Of a DNA stretch of 38,242 bases, positions 12,901 to 20,249 are shown in pieces. The stretch comes from a virus. Its lineage: Duplodnaviria > Caudoviricetes. Under the pieces are notes generated by a model. That model was not told the DNA's origin and ran no database searches. It worked only from the letters and a program-made list of their open reading frames with translations. Position 1 is the first letter of the stretch. Each line of letters begins with the position of its first letter. The position numbers and the translations under genes are program-made. The stretch covers positions 1-38,242 of IMG/VR virus record IMGVR_UViG_3300032320_000142. One strand, 5' to 3'.

Positions 12901-14975
12901 GTTGCACTTTTTTTATAAACATCAATTGGGAATAAATTTAATAACTGTGCTGTAGCAACATACTGACGCACTACCGGCTGTCTAGTTAAAAATTCAGATT
13001 TAATCCAACCATTTAATAAATTAAAATTTGATAGGTCGCTGTTAAATCTAACATATCCTCTATCTAGATATCTTTCTATTAGTTCAACTTCGCCTTGGAA
13101 CGTAAACGAATCTTTCTGTAAATTAAAATCAAAAACTATGTCGCCAATATTTCCAATATTTTTATAAGATATATTAAAACCTAATTCATTATCATAGGTA
13201 TCACCAATTTGATAACTGAATAATTTAGTACCTGCAAATGTTGAACCCACATAGGTTGTTCTATCACCGTAACTTACTGCATTAACATCTACTACATCAA
13301 ATAATGGAGGAGTATTAACTTCAATTTTATCTTGGCTTTCTACCCATGCTCCGCTAGCATAATGGAACATCTTGCCTTTGAAATTATCACCGTCTGTGAT
13401 TAATACAGATTCGCCGTCAATAGGAGTTGTATCATCGTCTTCTAATAAAGTTATTCTTTTAATTCCAAGATGTGTTACAAACCCAATTTTAAAAATTCTG
13501 CCGTTAACAGTATCATCTGTGTCTACTGCAAATAACACTCGCATACCTTCTAATAACAGCACCCCGTCAATGTTATATCCAATACTGCCTTCAACTGTTG
13601 AAAATGCATCTTTAGTATACAAATCGATTAAGTCAACACTACGCTTGGCCTGACGACCAAAATTCCATAGTTGTATATCTGCTTTAAATTCAACAATCGG
13701 ACGCTTTGCCCTGGCTGTTTGATCAATTACCACTGGTTGATTATTATAGGCTGCTGATGCTTCAATAACAGATTTATGGAACCATCTATTGTATCTAGTC
13801 CAGTGATTTCCATCTCGACTACTTCTATTAATAGTGATGTAGTCTTTTTTACTAGGATAATTATTGTTTACATCAAACCCCTGTGTGTCAAAATTTTCTG
13901 AATCAAATTCAACGTCCTGATCTAATGTAAACGTAGAAGGAGTTTGCAAAGATGCTTCTGCAATCAATCTTATTCTTTCGCCTACACCTTCTACATACCA
14001 GTTGTCTGTTGCATATTTGTTAGGCGTAACATTTCCAATGAAATTCAACTTCATGCCGTTTGACAGTTCTGTGGTTCCGTCAATATTGTATGTCTTTTTT
14101 CCTAGAATTTCTTTTTCAACATCGATAAAAGTATTTTCCTCGATGTCATAAATCTTAAAGAATCCGGACATATTGATATCGTCCGCACTAACATAGTAGA
14201 GAATGTCTGGAGAAATTTCTGGTATTTTAAAAGTAATAGTACCTACTTCTACATACTTGGTGTCGCTGGTTATACCTTGCTCATATATAAAAGAATCTGC
14301 AAGATCTCTAATAGTTTTAAATGCGATACCGTGCCCAGGGCAATTAATCTCAAACTTGTATGTTTGACCTCTATATAATTTTAGAGTAGGATTTCTTGTT
14401 AGGCCGTCTGGGCTAAAGACATAGGCAAAATTATCACCGTCGTTAACAAAAGTAACAGTATAGGTACTAATTATTGATTTAGACTGTCCTTTGACAGCAA
14501 TGACCTGCGGACCTTTTGGAAGCCAATAGTATTCTCTATAGTTAACAAATTTATCCCACTCAATGTGAGGATCCCAACTGTAGAATTCCTGACTGTTTAT
14601 TTTACTATGGTCTGCAACAGCCGCATTAAAATAAAATAACTGATTGATATAATCATTGTAATCGCTGAAAAAAGTTATATTATCTAAATTGTCGCGAACA
14701 ATAACTGCTGGCTCTAACTGGTATGCAGATCTATTTGATGATATTTCTTCAACGTAGTTGTCGGCTGGTGTGTATGCTTTACTGGTTTTTCTACCAATAT
14801 AAGCATTAATTTTATCAACTGTGCCAACAGAAATTAACTGATCTAAAGTTCCATTTAAAAACTTTTGATTAGTGCTTGTTCTAAAATATCTAGGTAAAAA
14901 ATTAACAGCACTTCGTGAAGTGTCTGTACTGCTAGTTGGCAGACTTGGTTCTTTTTGATCTTTAGTAAATGCCAT
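900..14975 (-). CDS. Giant multidomain baseplate wedge / tail structural protein (4691 aa; position of gp7-like wedge gene)
   Basis: Single 14-kb ORF immediately downstream of gp6, with AAGGA RBS. N-terminal 'VNFLPRYFRT..NQKFL' looks wedge-like. Contains FG-GAP-like propeller repeats, G(S/A)GY beta-repeats typical of T4-like baseplate proteins, Ig-like repeats and a C-terminal 'ERIEY....NTLRYLRRGTLGT' motif. Confidence 0.75.
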   Translation of the reverse strand: MAFTKDQKEPSLPTSSTDTSRSAVNFLPRYFRTSTNQKFLNGTLDQLISVGTVDKINAYIGRKTSKAYTPADNYVEEISSNRSAYQLEPAVIVRDNLDNITFFSDYNDYINQLFYFNAAVADHSKINSQEFYSWDPHIEWDKFVNYREYYWLPKGPQVIAVKGQSKSIISTYTVTFVNDGDNFAYVFSPDGLTRNPTLKLYRGQTYKFEINCPGHGIAFKTIRDLADSFIYEQGITSDTKYVEVGTITFKIPEISPDILYYVSADDINMSGFFKIYDIEENTFIDVEKEILGKKTYNIDGTTELSNGMKLNFIGNVTPNKYATDNWYVEGVGERIRLIAEASLQTPSTFTLDQDVEFDSENFDTQGFDVNNNYPSKKDYITINRSSRDGNHWTRYNRWFHKSVIEASAAYNNQPVVIDQTARAKRPIVEFKADIQLWNFGRQAKRSVDLIDLYTKDAFSTVEGSIGYNIDGVLLLEGMRVLFAVDTDDTVNGRIFKIGFVTHLGIKRITLLEDDDTTPIDGESVLITDGDNFKGKMFHYASGAWVESQDKIEVNTPPLFDVVDVNAVSYGDRTTYVGSTFAGTKLFSYQIGDTYDNELGFNISYKNIGNIGDIVFDFNLQKDSFTFQGEVELIERYLDRGYVRFNSDLSNFNLLNGWIKSEFLTRQPVVRQYVATAQLLNLFPIDVYKKSATLEDLDVKIFVNNKKITDFEIYRQNGIAYIQFISNVKVNDIVLIETMSSAEKIDDIGYYKFPSNLESNPQNLSLYDLTLGQISNHVKTITDNYSNFQGSIPGISNLRDLGNVSGYGTQIVQHSGPLAPIIYSFTNKNVNIIKSLRYAKNEYSKFKRNLIRTATNYGYDGITRTHLDLILTEATKNNTIESPFYLSDMVPFGVNFVYEQEVIDDSFTDYPLTFDFNLDEASAKAVMIYVNDEIILHRRDYIFINTSFVRILSPIQAGDNLKIVQYEQTAGCCVPPTPSKLGLYPLFEPKIYIDDTYQTPTKVIQGHDGSITVAFSKVGEPNEFRDELLLEFETRVYNNIKVRYNPELLNIDSLVSGFFRKTDVSIEQLNSTLRQEFLNWSTLINDDYTKHTFFDRNNPFTFNYKSFADPAGVPHLGFWRGIYKYFYDTDRPHTHPWEMLGFSIQPDWWENTYGPAPYSKDNLLLWQDLSEGLIRIPGQLPEKNKLYARPDLLKFLPVDDQGQLIDPLTVGMVADFVSVFTEREFTFGDQAPIETAWRRNSQFPFALITALTLLQPAKMFALGFDRIRQYRDDTGQIVYKLPEGNLRFSTKNVIFPSTVKDSTRVFTSGLVNYLSDYALSKSFTILDNFKTNFSSLQVKISSKLAGFTTKEKFKLILDSRSPLNEGNVFIPQENYDIILNSSTPVTTIDYSGVIVEKTTSGFVIKGYDKLVPEFKYKKAVSTVSDPQISVGGISETYIDWNSGKYYSKGQIVKRDDNYFRVTTAHDSTTTFELKYFAKLPSLPIVGGREITLRRNFETDIDTLHYGAELKTVQEVVDFLLGYGKYLTDSGFTFDYFNPALRTNTDWQTSAKEFTFWTTQNWADGAVITLSPAAEELVYRQDYAVVDSIYDPFYEYSIFKQDGIELEPSFTNSVREKNSFSLRPTNTADGLYHATLNLVQKEHVLILDDATVFNDIIYDQTQGYRQDRIKIVGYKISDWTGDFSIPGFVYDRATVTEWKSWKDYSLGETVKYKEFYYSAKQNVPGTETFDYDSWYKLSDKPESKLIPNWDYRATQFEDFYDLDTDSFDVDQQKFAQHLIGYQKRQYLENIINDDVSQYKFYQGMIQEKGTQNSLSKLFDALNYAEQDSLEFFEEWAIRLGQYGANAGFEEVEYILNEEKFLINPQPIELVNVVPFGVNDFVYRITQDQVYLKPDDYTHAPFPVVASQKEYIRTAGYVNYEDVDYIINSKDEFADYDINTLVEGKYFWLGFDKSSWNVYRFTNFAKSIKLVEETSNLRFVLKTKLPVDIEIGSYVGINNTSTSLEGIKEVIDTGLNWFEITMPADLDTAAIIEINKSLNINLFKFTPQRLSSIDDLNSLPISAKKNNELVWTDGVNNNWSVWKFSKNYTRTKITSEEDNFGKALAISGNEIVFAVSASNIVLYYSRPTVNFGWAYQETLSPLSTETFTDTNGSFGDSICFSADGTYLFVGAPKYGVVSIPDPDPLDPPIITEVDIGYVAQFTRNIYGSYEFTRVIQNSTPTQFQYFGDKLQVNGNILYIVSKGGLSIDGSTLVPAALTAYNLTSNTIITSLDLTPGISITDIDVSTNNTVVISKDDESVLVVKLVSSTFVTVKELNVSDFVSLEQISTGSNFATSVAISNDSSYIAVGAPGYSNVASNQGAVALFKLNNTVYEPLDLITSPLNQDSEKFGYRVKFNADGDRLVIYSYGGNQTIETTIDGENTTFDLNVTKFIELEEFTGSVRVYEKYDTKFLIGDELEPQNVLGINYGDAFVVAKNVYVNDQTSTDGAFYEFASTAKSWTKYRQPESSVNLSKIKSLFLYNTRTNNIIANLDFIDPINGKILGIAEQELSFKTYYDPATYSVGTDAVVTNSLMAWKNNNVGKLWWDLSTVKFADPLQGSIVYKANTWNNVYNNASVDIYEWVESEYLPSEWDSLADTETGLVLGISGTSRYGDAVYSVRQSYDNVSKTFKNIYYFWVKNKTVVPNVTFRKTSASDVAKLIANPKGQGAQYATLLGSNQFALVNCKDLITAKDVALNIRYWIIDNTEQNIHAHYQLLAEGNINKKLNKYVEQKWFDSLVGYDITGAEVPDPKLPAKLKYGILNKPRQGMFVNRLEALKQFTERVNSVLISRSIIDDLDLSKLNSKEDAPTEISGKYDIAIDTQSQIRFVGSTGFKQATLAPVVEAGKIVRVIVIASGRGYKISPEITITGAGSGAKLTARLNSSGEITGVTVNNSGRDYLDTTILTVRPFTILVNSDETAANKWSLYIWDTTLGTWFRSKTQTYDVTKHWNYIDWYADGYSEYTKINHLVDFSYEMSFIDIAVGDLVKIKNEKSGGWILLERINNLITDNVSLNYRTVGRENGTIQFNSNLYKFVNSNIGFDSFTYDGDAYDDEPKEELRIILDVIKNNILVDDLEIEYNKLFFASLRYVFTEQPFVDWAFKTSFVKSQHNLGELQQKINYKNDSLSSYEDYINEVKPYRTKVREFISNYTATDNTNTGTTDFDLPAAYNQEEGKILPYNVKVRGSSIVYTDRTILNAPYSDWLDNIGYSVTEIIVSNGGSDYQVAPSIEIVGSARTTATAKAYISQGSVTKIIVETSGAGYITTPVISITGSSTTPATATAVLGNGLTRTNTIGIKFDRTIPNYEISSITVTQTFNGTGSRTLFELNWPIDLRTNKTSVVVSNEELLSSDFEVYNRKDTSKGYTRYIGILELTTAAEIGSANVTISYTKDIRLLSAADRIQYYYNPTTGQLGKDLGQLMKGIDYGGVEVTGLGFEIGSGWDGLPWFTAGWDDFDEAYTDHLVVSDGTTRSFNLPYIPEDGEQITVYINGIRIDDVNYDVYTSAKTAYDITVAELETLTAEEVVLQNQTDAKQAELDGFTQDLIDTQAVIVDLEAQLAVTSPSDPLYFTLQTLLAENQAQEAQLISDISVANGELVVLQTSLSAKETEVSNKTIEVANNLSTLNSTPVITNPDAQMNTFTGDGSTNEPIIIPAYVDVNDGDIIIFRKSTSDGSFRPNQQFLDSEITGGDFTYTTARGIRAEEIIIDGDNFVTPTTSYAPEEVVTGQVIDSVAITVYHTVEDGAPVITTRHYITTEPENEFLIGQRPNSTQAAFVKVNGLIKKQDVDYTLNFGLAKIVFPTNLPVGSEVVVTSMSRNGLNVLDSDSFIGDGVSIEFVTVARWDGDYSVLVTINGVPTTVTTFVTDNTYSEVGNIGIRFATAPANTAIIDYTVISSTLNSISRVSSETVVYDGTTQVYALTNTPANLEPFDNNVIVEHAGKILRPVDTVYFDVSGTSRTYLVSTVDYAINTIDTNKIRVYKNGQELLISKEFTWKSSNNQLTIKRGVAVAGDKIALVILANAEYYIEKDSTNTQIRLLDTYSANAKFVVTTFTNHDILDIERNNDFITSSSTVTIGSTEYYRLNQLLAGRIQLRSPSIGAQYIWLTLNGELLTPEIDYILEDNLTYIQIDRNKVLSDTDIIEVIVFSSSVSFNRPFGYRIFKDLLNRTFYKRLDADATTYLAQPLNYYDTKIELVDASNLVEPLRNQNQPGIIIIDKERIEYLEKSGNTLRYLRRGTLGTGIPQTHALGTMVIDASVGQTIPYKDETETVVLVAGGYSQGSEVFENSLGMSVTSVKYNFNNNTAFPLGTQVATVTGSGFKENVQVIVGDPTLTVNFTAAEINSAGEIIVSSIDRIYEGKEIVFTGAVFGGIETTTSYYVLTYGQDPTTDEYYITVSESISGSPVILSVSTGEMIGTHSRSVCKTTYINSTKLTFITQPEVVGAYDLIVLNPSFSVGPVTVAQTSYVAPEAIRYVQILLPFAPLPNPKTAVGWYKDTTEISVTDIQPGRGYKINTVGTTDYMSIGATANTVGTEFIATAVGSGTGTVLDYTSIPLEYWEGMDIEVFVAGTRLRKTPITIWDESLGPDSPSGDKQLQAEFAVNKNVGAYVRLTEPPMKGSKVIVQKKVGKVWVAQGESLVNSQTDQAKFVRAKAANLPR

Positions 14976-14985
14976 TTACTGTCCT

Positions 14986-17900
14986 TTAATTACTTGCAAT
15001 GCCGTTGGCTGACGCCGCGCTTGATGTTAAAATTATACCTGTTGTGTTTAATCTTGCCGCAGTTATTTCTGAAATAATTTCAATGTTATCAACTGATACT
15101 GAACTGGCAAATATTTCGTCAGGGTTTGATTTAATTTCGTATAAACTACCAAACGCTAAATTTTGATTTTTTGGAACTAACACAATGTTAGCAATCTTAG
15201 GACTCATTTTAGTCATAATATATGTTGCTAACTCTCCGAAGTAAAATGTATCTCCAAAGTCCCAGTTTTCTATAGCAAAAAATTCTTTAATTGCTGTAAC
15301 TACACCTGTCTTAATATCGTTGTCGCTGACAATTAAAGAACTGTTTTTAACAACTTTAAAGGTTACCTGAAGACTTGTATCTGCTTTGGAGCCAAACAAG
15401 TTTTTATATTTTACCGGATGATAAATTACTTCATCGCTTATGGCTTTTATTTTTCCTAGTTCTCCGCCAAAATTAATAAAAAGAGAATCGCTACTTGGAG
15501 GTAAAGGTTTAGATGTTAGATCGCCATTTAACCATAATCGGTATTGTGTATCGTAAGATCTTGTTAACATATAAACATCAATAATATTTGTAGATGCCGG
15601 ATCAATCCTAGCACTTTCATCTGCGGCATGTACATACTGAAACTTCAATATATCTCTTCCAACAAATGCACGATATTCTGTAGTAATAACAAAACTAGCA
15701 CTCTCTTTATAAAAAACTTTTATCACATCTTCGTCAATGACATAAACTAACTGTTGATTTGTCAAAGTATTACTGTCGATTACTCCCTGCGATGTAAAAA
15801 TTTTAATTAAGTTATTTTCATTCTTAATATAATAATAATCTGTTATACCATCTATGCTAATTCTACTCTTTTGAAAAATATACTTTTCTGAAGAATTTAC
15901 AGTAGGAGCAACAATAATATCAAATATTTCAGGATTATCAACTACACCGTCTTCATCGTTGTCGTAGAAACTAATTGCAATTTTTTTACTGTCGATATAT
16001 CCGTCAGCACCTTTGTATTCGTCAATAATTTCCCACTTGATATCTTGATTGATTGGAGTAATACTATCGGGATTTTTATTAATTCCTAAAACAGTAATAC
16101 TGTCTCTTACAATTTTTCCTGTGCTGGTATCATAAACTTTATCACTGCTATCGTAAAAGAATCTTATTTCTTTTTCGCTTTCGAATACGTATCGTGTTCC
16201 ACGACTAGTAACAGTATAAGTTTCTCCGTTGGTTTCAAATAAAACAACCCAACTGGCATCTAACTGTTGATTACTTACGTCTCCGGCTTTGCCTAGACTA
16301 AAATCATTCTTTTTATCAACGTTTGTATCTGAAACAATTTTCCAGGTTGTAAGATTAGCATCATATCTTAAACCAAATTCTTTGTTAGCAAAGATTAAAT
16401 CAATTATTCGAGCAATAACGCTGGCTTCCAGGCCGGTAACAAATTTTGGTAATACTAAATCCATGTATGCTCCGCTAGGAATAACATCATTAAGAATAAC
16501 AGGGCCAGTGCCGTCTGATAGCAATCCTGTGTTCGATGCAGTGCCGTCAGAAATAACATTAATGAATTTACTCCAGATATAAGATTTAGAATTTACATCT
16601 GCATTTGCAATATCGATTATTTCATTGTCTGCATTAAAAATCTTTCCTGAAGGCGGAATAAATTTTCCTAATGCGCCCGGTACTACATATCGCAGATTAG
16701 AACTAGTATAAGATCCTAATTTTTTTGTAGACGCAGTTTCTGTATCTCCAATGTAACCTGTTGATAGATTAACTGCACTTGTTTGCTGATAAAAACTGCT
16801 GAAGTTTGGACCTAATGCAATTTTAGTATATTTGTCAATATAAAAATCAATTGTTTTTCTATTTGACAATATTGGTTCTATTTGATTTAATACAACATTT
16901 TCAATATCTGAGCGTGTGTTTACAGTAAACGTAAATCTATCCACTGTGGGTTCTTTGTAAATTATCCCGTCTGTTCCAAACAGATTAGTTGTACTGTATT
17001 TTCCAGTGCTATCTTTTAAATCAAAATATCTACTGATTCCGCTACTAACTCTGTTAATAGATTTTACTTTAATAATTTCTTGATTAATGCTTAGAGGATA
17101 AACGTTGTAATCCTCGCCGGTAATCATACGACTTTGTGTGTAGTATGTGGCAGGTGCATTTGTTTTAATGCTGTCAGATGTCTCAGCAATGGCAGAATTA
17201 GTTACTGTATATTTTAATCCCAGTGCTATTGTAATAACTTCTTTTTTGCCAGCGCGGCTAATATAAGGAATATCTATAGTTACATTTCTTATATCTGTTG
17301 GGTTAATAGAATAAGATAAACCATTGCTGGTTCTATAATAAACTTTAAAGTTTCCTTGTGGTAAATTACCAAAAGTGCCGTCAGCAAAAATTAATCTAAC
17401 ACGATCCAACGAACGTGTTAATACACTATAGATGTTTCTAATATTTTTACTAACGCTGTTATAGATAATATTATTACCTTCTACCGCATCTACTTTAGTC
17501 CATAGATTTGTTTCAAAACCAATACTGTCCAATCCGTATAACCATACATCCGAGTTATTAATATTAGGACTGTCAATGTCTAGTGTTTCGCTAGTGCTAG
17601 GACGCTCAATTGTAAATGTACTTTCTTGTAATGTTCCTTGACGGAAGTGTACAAAAAATCCTGTATTACTGCTAGGCGGGCCGCCGCCATCGTCTCTATA
17701 TAAAAATGCTAGACTATTTGTTGGGAACGGCGATTCTTCGTAGATTGCTTCTTTGCCTGAAAAGGTTGTAGACACAACTTCAAAGTCAATATTTCTGCCG
17801 TCAATATTTTTACTAAATCCGTAAATTGGCACTTCTGTGTTTGAAGCGTTGAAGCGATATTGTTCACAAGGAACTCCGCTGATAATTGAGCTGTCTATCG

Positions 17901-18417
17901 GTTTGCCGTACTGACTTGTTTCTGGCAGTGCTGAATTAATGACTTTAATGAATTGTTCATACCAGTTTACATTAGCACTGTCATTCCATACGATAGTCTG
18001 ATTGGATAAATTTCTTCCGTTGCTGTCGATTACAGTTTCTGTTGTAGATACAGATGTAAATTTTAATAGGCCGTTGGCTGGCAGACAACGTTTAGGATTA
18101 TAAGATAATAGACGTGCTAGACGTAGAACACTTTCTCTGCGTTCTGCTAGTTCAAGAAAGTTATCACGGGCATTTAAGTCAAATCTAAATGCTAGGTTTT
18201 GACCTAAAAATGAGATGAGATCAATTAGTGCCAGGTACTCGCTTGACTCAATATAATCGTTAAAATCTTCTGGATAATTTTCACGTAGATACGTGATCAT
18301 TGTACGACGTAGATTGTCAAAGTCGTACGATTTGAAGTCTGCATTTTTAAAAGATTGGTATATCTTTTTCCAATCTTCTGCCGCAATAAGTTTATTTTGT
18401 CTATCTACACTTGCCAT
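14986..18417 (-). CDS. gp6: Baseplate wedge subunit, T4 gp6-like (1143 aa)
   Basis: N-terminal 'DFDNLRRTMITYLR...FNDY.ESSEYLALIDLISF......FRFDLNARDNFLELAERRESVLRLARLLSYNPKR' and 'ETSDSIKTNAPATYYTQSRMITGEDY' match gp6/Baseplate_J motifs. Directly follows gp25. Confidence 0.88.
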   Translation of the reverse strand: MASVDRQNKLIAAEDWKKIYQSFKNADFKSYDFDNLRRTMITYLRENYPEDFNDYIESSEYLALIDLISFLGQNLAFRFDLNARDNFLELAERRESVLRLARLLSYNPKRCLPANGLLKFTSVSTTETVIDSNGRNLSNQTIVWNDSANVNWYEQFIKVINSALPETSQYGKPIDSSIISGVPCEQYRFNASNTEVPIYGFSKNIDGRNIDFEVVSTTFSGKEAIYEESPFPTNSLAFLYRDDGGGPPSSNTGFFVHFRQGTLQESTFTIERPSTSETLDIDSPNINNSDVWLYGLDSIGFETNLWTKVDAVEGNNIIYNSVSKNIRNIYSVLTRSLDRVRLIFADGTFGNLPQGNFKVYYRTSNGLSYSINPTDIRNVTIDIPYISRAGKKEVITIALGLKYTVTNSAIAETSDSIKTNAPATYYTQSRMITGEDYNVYPLSINQEIIKVKSINRVSSGISRYFDLKDSTGKYSTTNLFGTDGIIYKEPTVDRFTFTVNTRSDIENVVLNQIEPILSNRKTIDFYIDKYTKIALGPNFSSFYQQTSAVNLSTGYIGDTETASTKKLGSYTSSNLRYVVPGALGKFIPPSGKIFNADNEIIDIANADVNSKSYIWSKFINVISDGTASNTGLLSDGTGPVILNDVIPSGAYMDLVLPKFVTGLEASVIARIIDLIFANKEFGLRYDANLTTWKIVSDTNVDKKNDFSLGKAGDVSNQQLDASWVVLFETNGETYTVTSRGTRYVFESEKEIRFFYDSSDKVYDTSTGKIVRDSITVLGINKNPDSITPINQDIKWEIIDEYKGADGYIDSKKIAISFYDNDEDGVVDNPEIFDIIVAPTVNSSEKYIFQKSRISIDGITDYYYIKNENNLIKIFTSQGVIDSNTLTNQQLVYVIDEDVIKVFYKESASFVITTEYRAFVGRDILKFQYVHAADESARIDPASTNIIDVYMLTRSYDTQYRLWLNGDLTSKPLPPSSDSLFINFGGELGKIKAISDEVIYHPVKYKNLFGSKADTSLQVTFKVVKNSSLIVSDNDIKTGVVTAIKEFFAIENWDFGDTFYFGELATYIMTKMSPKIANIVLVPKNQNLAFGSLYEIKSNPDEIFASSVSVDNIEIISEITAARLNTTGIILTSSAASANGIASN

Positions 18418-18435
18418 AATTAGCCCTCGATATGA

Positions 18436-18443
18436 TATTTATC
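18436..18443 (-). promoter_or_regulatory. Late promoter motif (GATAAATA) upstream of gp6
   Basis: tatttatc in the intergenic gap, 18 nt upstream of the gp6 start; GAGG RBS lies between. Confidence 0.65.
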
Positions 18444-18466
18444 AAGTTTAAAATGTGCGTAGATTA

Positions 18467-18910
18467 TTAACTGAGGATGTTGTTGTCGTTGTCAAATCTA
18501 AAACGCAACTGTTCTGATATGTTATAGGGCAGATATACTAAATCGCACTCAACTTGTATGCCGCTTTCATATTCGCTGACTACTAAACTATCAACTTTAA
18601 CTCTAGGATCATAGTTCATTATTTGAGTAACATTATCTGCAATAGCATCTTTTAGTTCTTCTGTTAAAGGATCGAATAGCAAGTCCCAAATAATACAGCC
18701 AAATTCAGGATTTTCTAGTTTTTCACCCTGACGAATGTGCAGATGATTTACAATATCTTGTTTAATTAAACTTAAATCGTATAGTGTAAAACTACCTGTT
18801 GGAGAGGCAACAGTGCTTAGACCGCGATATGCGCGGCCGGTAGGAGTAGGATCAGAAATACCATTTTGAGGTATTACACTTTTTCCAGAAACAGAATTAT
18901 ATGTTGCCAT
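18467..18910 (-). CDS. gp25: Baseplate wedge protein gp25-like (147 aa)
   Basis: 'LIKQDIVNHLHIRQGEKLENPEFGCIIWDLLFDP...I...YDPRVKV' is the GPW/gp25 signature. Confidence 0.92.
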   Translation of the reverse strand: MATYNSVSGKSVIPQNGISDPTPTGRAYRGLSTVASPTGSFTLYDLSLIKQDIVNHLHIRQGEKLENPEFGCIIWDLLFDPLTEELKDAIADNVTQIMNYDPRVKVDSLVVSEYESGIQVECDLVYLPYNISEQLRFRFDNDNNILS

Positions 18911-18917
18911 AGTTTAA

Positions 18918-18925
18918 TATTTATT
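18918..18925 (-). promoter_or_regulatory. Late promoter motif (AATAAATA) upstream of gp25
   Basis: tatttatt overlapping the stop of the spike gene; 7 nt from the gp25 ATG. Confidence 0.5.
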
Positions 18926-20249
18926 TTCCTATTTTTTTGAATGTATCCAGGATTTTCTTTAAAACTCCTGTGCTGGCGGATCCGCCTGCTGTAGTCTTTG
19001 CGGGAGTATGTGCTGTTGGATTTAAATTTTCGTGGCCGTTCCATGGCTCTGCTTGGGGTACTCTACTTGCAGTTGACGCCGTAGTTGCTTTGCCAGAATT
19101 TAGATGAATATCTCCGCCGTCAATGTAGGTGTTTGCGGCTTTTACTTCGTGATTCCCGCCTGCTTTGATTTTATTATATCCTGTTGAACTCATGTTTATA
19201 TTTCCACCTGCGGTCATATTAATATCTCTATCAGCAGTGATATTCAAATCATTTTTAGTATGTAAACTAATACTGTCTGCGGCATAGACATCAATTTTGC
19301 CGTTGCTGGTTAATTCTATCCAAGCAGTGCCGCGAGCATTGGCAATATAGATTAAATCTTCACTGTTGTGTAACAGTATCTGATGCCCGGTTCTTGTACG
19401 AATTCTAAATAACTCGTTATGCGGGATATCTACTTTGCCACCTTTTTCGTCGTTTTCTACGCTGGCATATTCTGGCGGGCCTTCGCCGGCTTTGGTTTTA
19501 CGTAAGAAGTTTTCATCACCGTCATCCATGACAAACGTGAACCCGCCTAGACGACCAACAAATGCTCCAGATACTGGGTTTTCTTTAGAGCCTACTTTTC
19601 CACGTGTGGCTCCTGACCCTCGATCAACAGGGCCAGGTGTACTTATACCAAATACATTACTTGGACTTTCTCTTCTTGCACTACTGGTTGTGATTCCTCT
19701 AGTTTCGTCTTCAATTAATCCTTGTGCTGTTAACACTTGAGAAAATGGATGTACTGGTTTTTGAATTAGTGTAGTATCAGTTTTTGTTCCGTCTGTTAAA
19801 CTTTTATTATGTTCGGCCACTGGTAATTTTTTAGAAGGACTTTGTGTGTTTAGTTCTGTAGCCGCAAGTCCAGGAATCATAAAATTCATGTATTCGTCTT
19901 GTACACAACCTATCCAGAAGCCTTTACTAGCATCGCCATTGATAAACAACACAACAACTATTCCGCCTTCGGTTGGCGGAATCATCCACATACCATATGA
20001 TTTTTGTGTATCTGAAAATGTATTATTATTCCCCAGATGGGTAATGCTAGTTACACCATAGAATGGACTTAGATACTGTACAGGATATGTGCTGGCTTCG
20101 CTGTCTGGAATATTACCTACATCACGCAATAACTGTACATGCAGTGTTCCCATGTACTTGTTGTCTTCTGATCGAATAACACGAGCAAGATGGGGTCCTG
20201 GATCTATTGATCCTTGACTGCTTTTTTCTGGTGAACGAATATTTTCCAT
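18921..20249 (-). CDS. gp5: Central baseplate spike, gp5-like (OB-fold plus beta-helix, no recognisable lysozyme domain; 442 aa)
   Basis: N-terminal 'ARVIRSEDNKYMGTLHV...YLSPFYG...GMWMIPPTEGGIVVVLFINGD...FWIGC' fits the gp5 OB-fold. 'RIRTRTGHQILLH...AWIELTSNGKIDV...ISLHTKNDLNITADRDINMTAGGNINM' fits beta-helix repeats. Lies just upstream of gp25. Confidence 0.82.
   Translation of the reverse strand: MENIRSPEKSSQGSIDPGPHLARVIRSEDNKYMGTLHVQLLRDVGNIPDSEASTYPVQYLSPFYGVTSITHLGNNNTFSDTQKSYGMWMIPPTEGGIVVVLFINGDASKGFWIGCVQDEYMNFMIPGLAATELNTQSPSKKLPVAEHNKSLTDGTKTDTTLIQKPVHPFSQVLTAQGLIEDETRGITTSSARRESPSNVFGISTPGPVDRGSGATRGKVGSKENPVSGAFVGRLGGFTFVMDDGDENFLRKTKAGEGPPEYASVENDEKGGKVDIPHNELFRIRTRTGHQILLHNSEDLIYIANARGTAWIELTSNGKIDVYAADSISLHTKNDLNITADRDINMTAGGNINMSSTGYNKIKAGGNHEVKAANTYIDGGDIHLNSGKATTASTASRVPQAEPWNGHENLNPTAHTPAKTTAGGSASTGVLKKILDTFKKIGK

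Noticed and set aside
900-14975. Intein or diversity-generating-retroelement target in the giant ORF or other core genes
   Set aside because: No intein splice or LAGLIDADG motifs recognised, no reverse transcriptase, and no template/variable repeat pair noticed.
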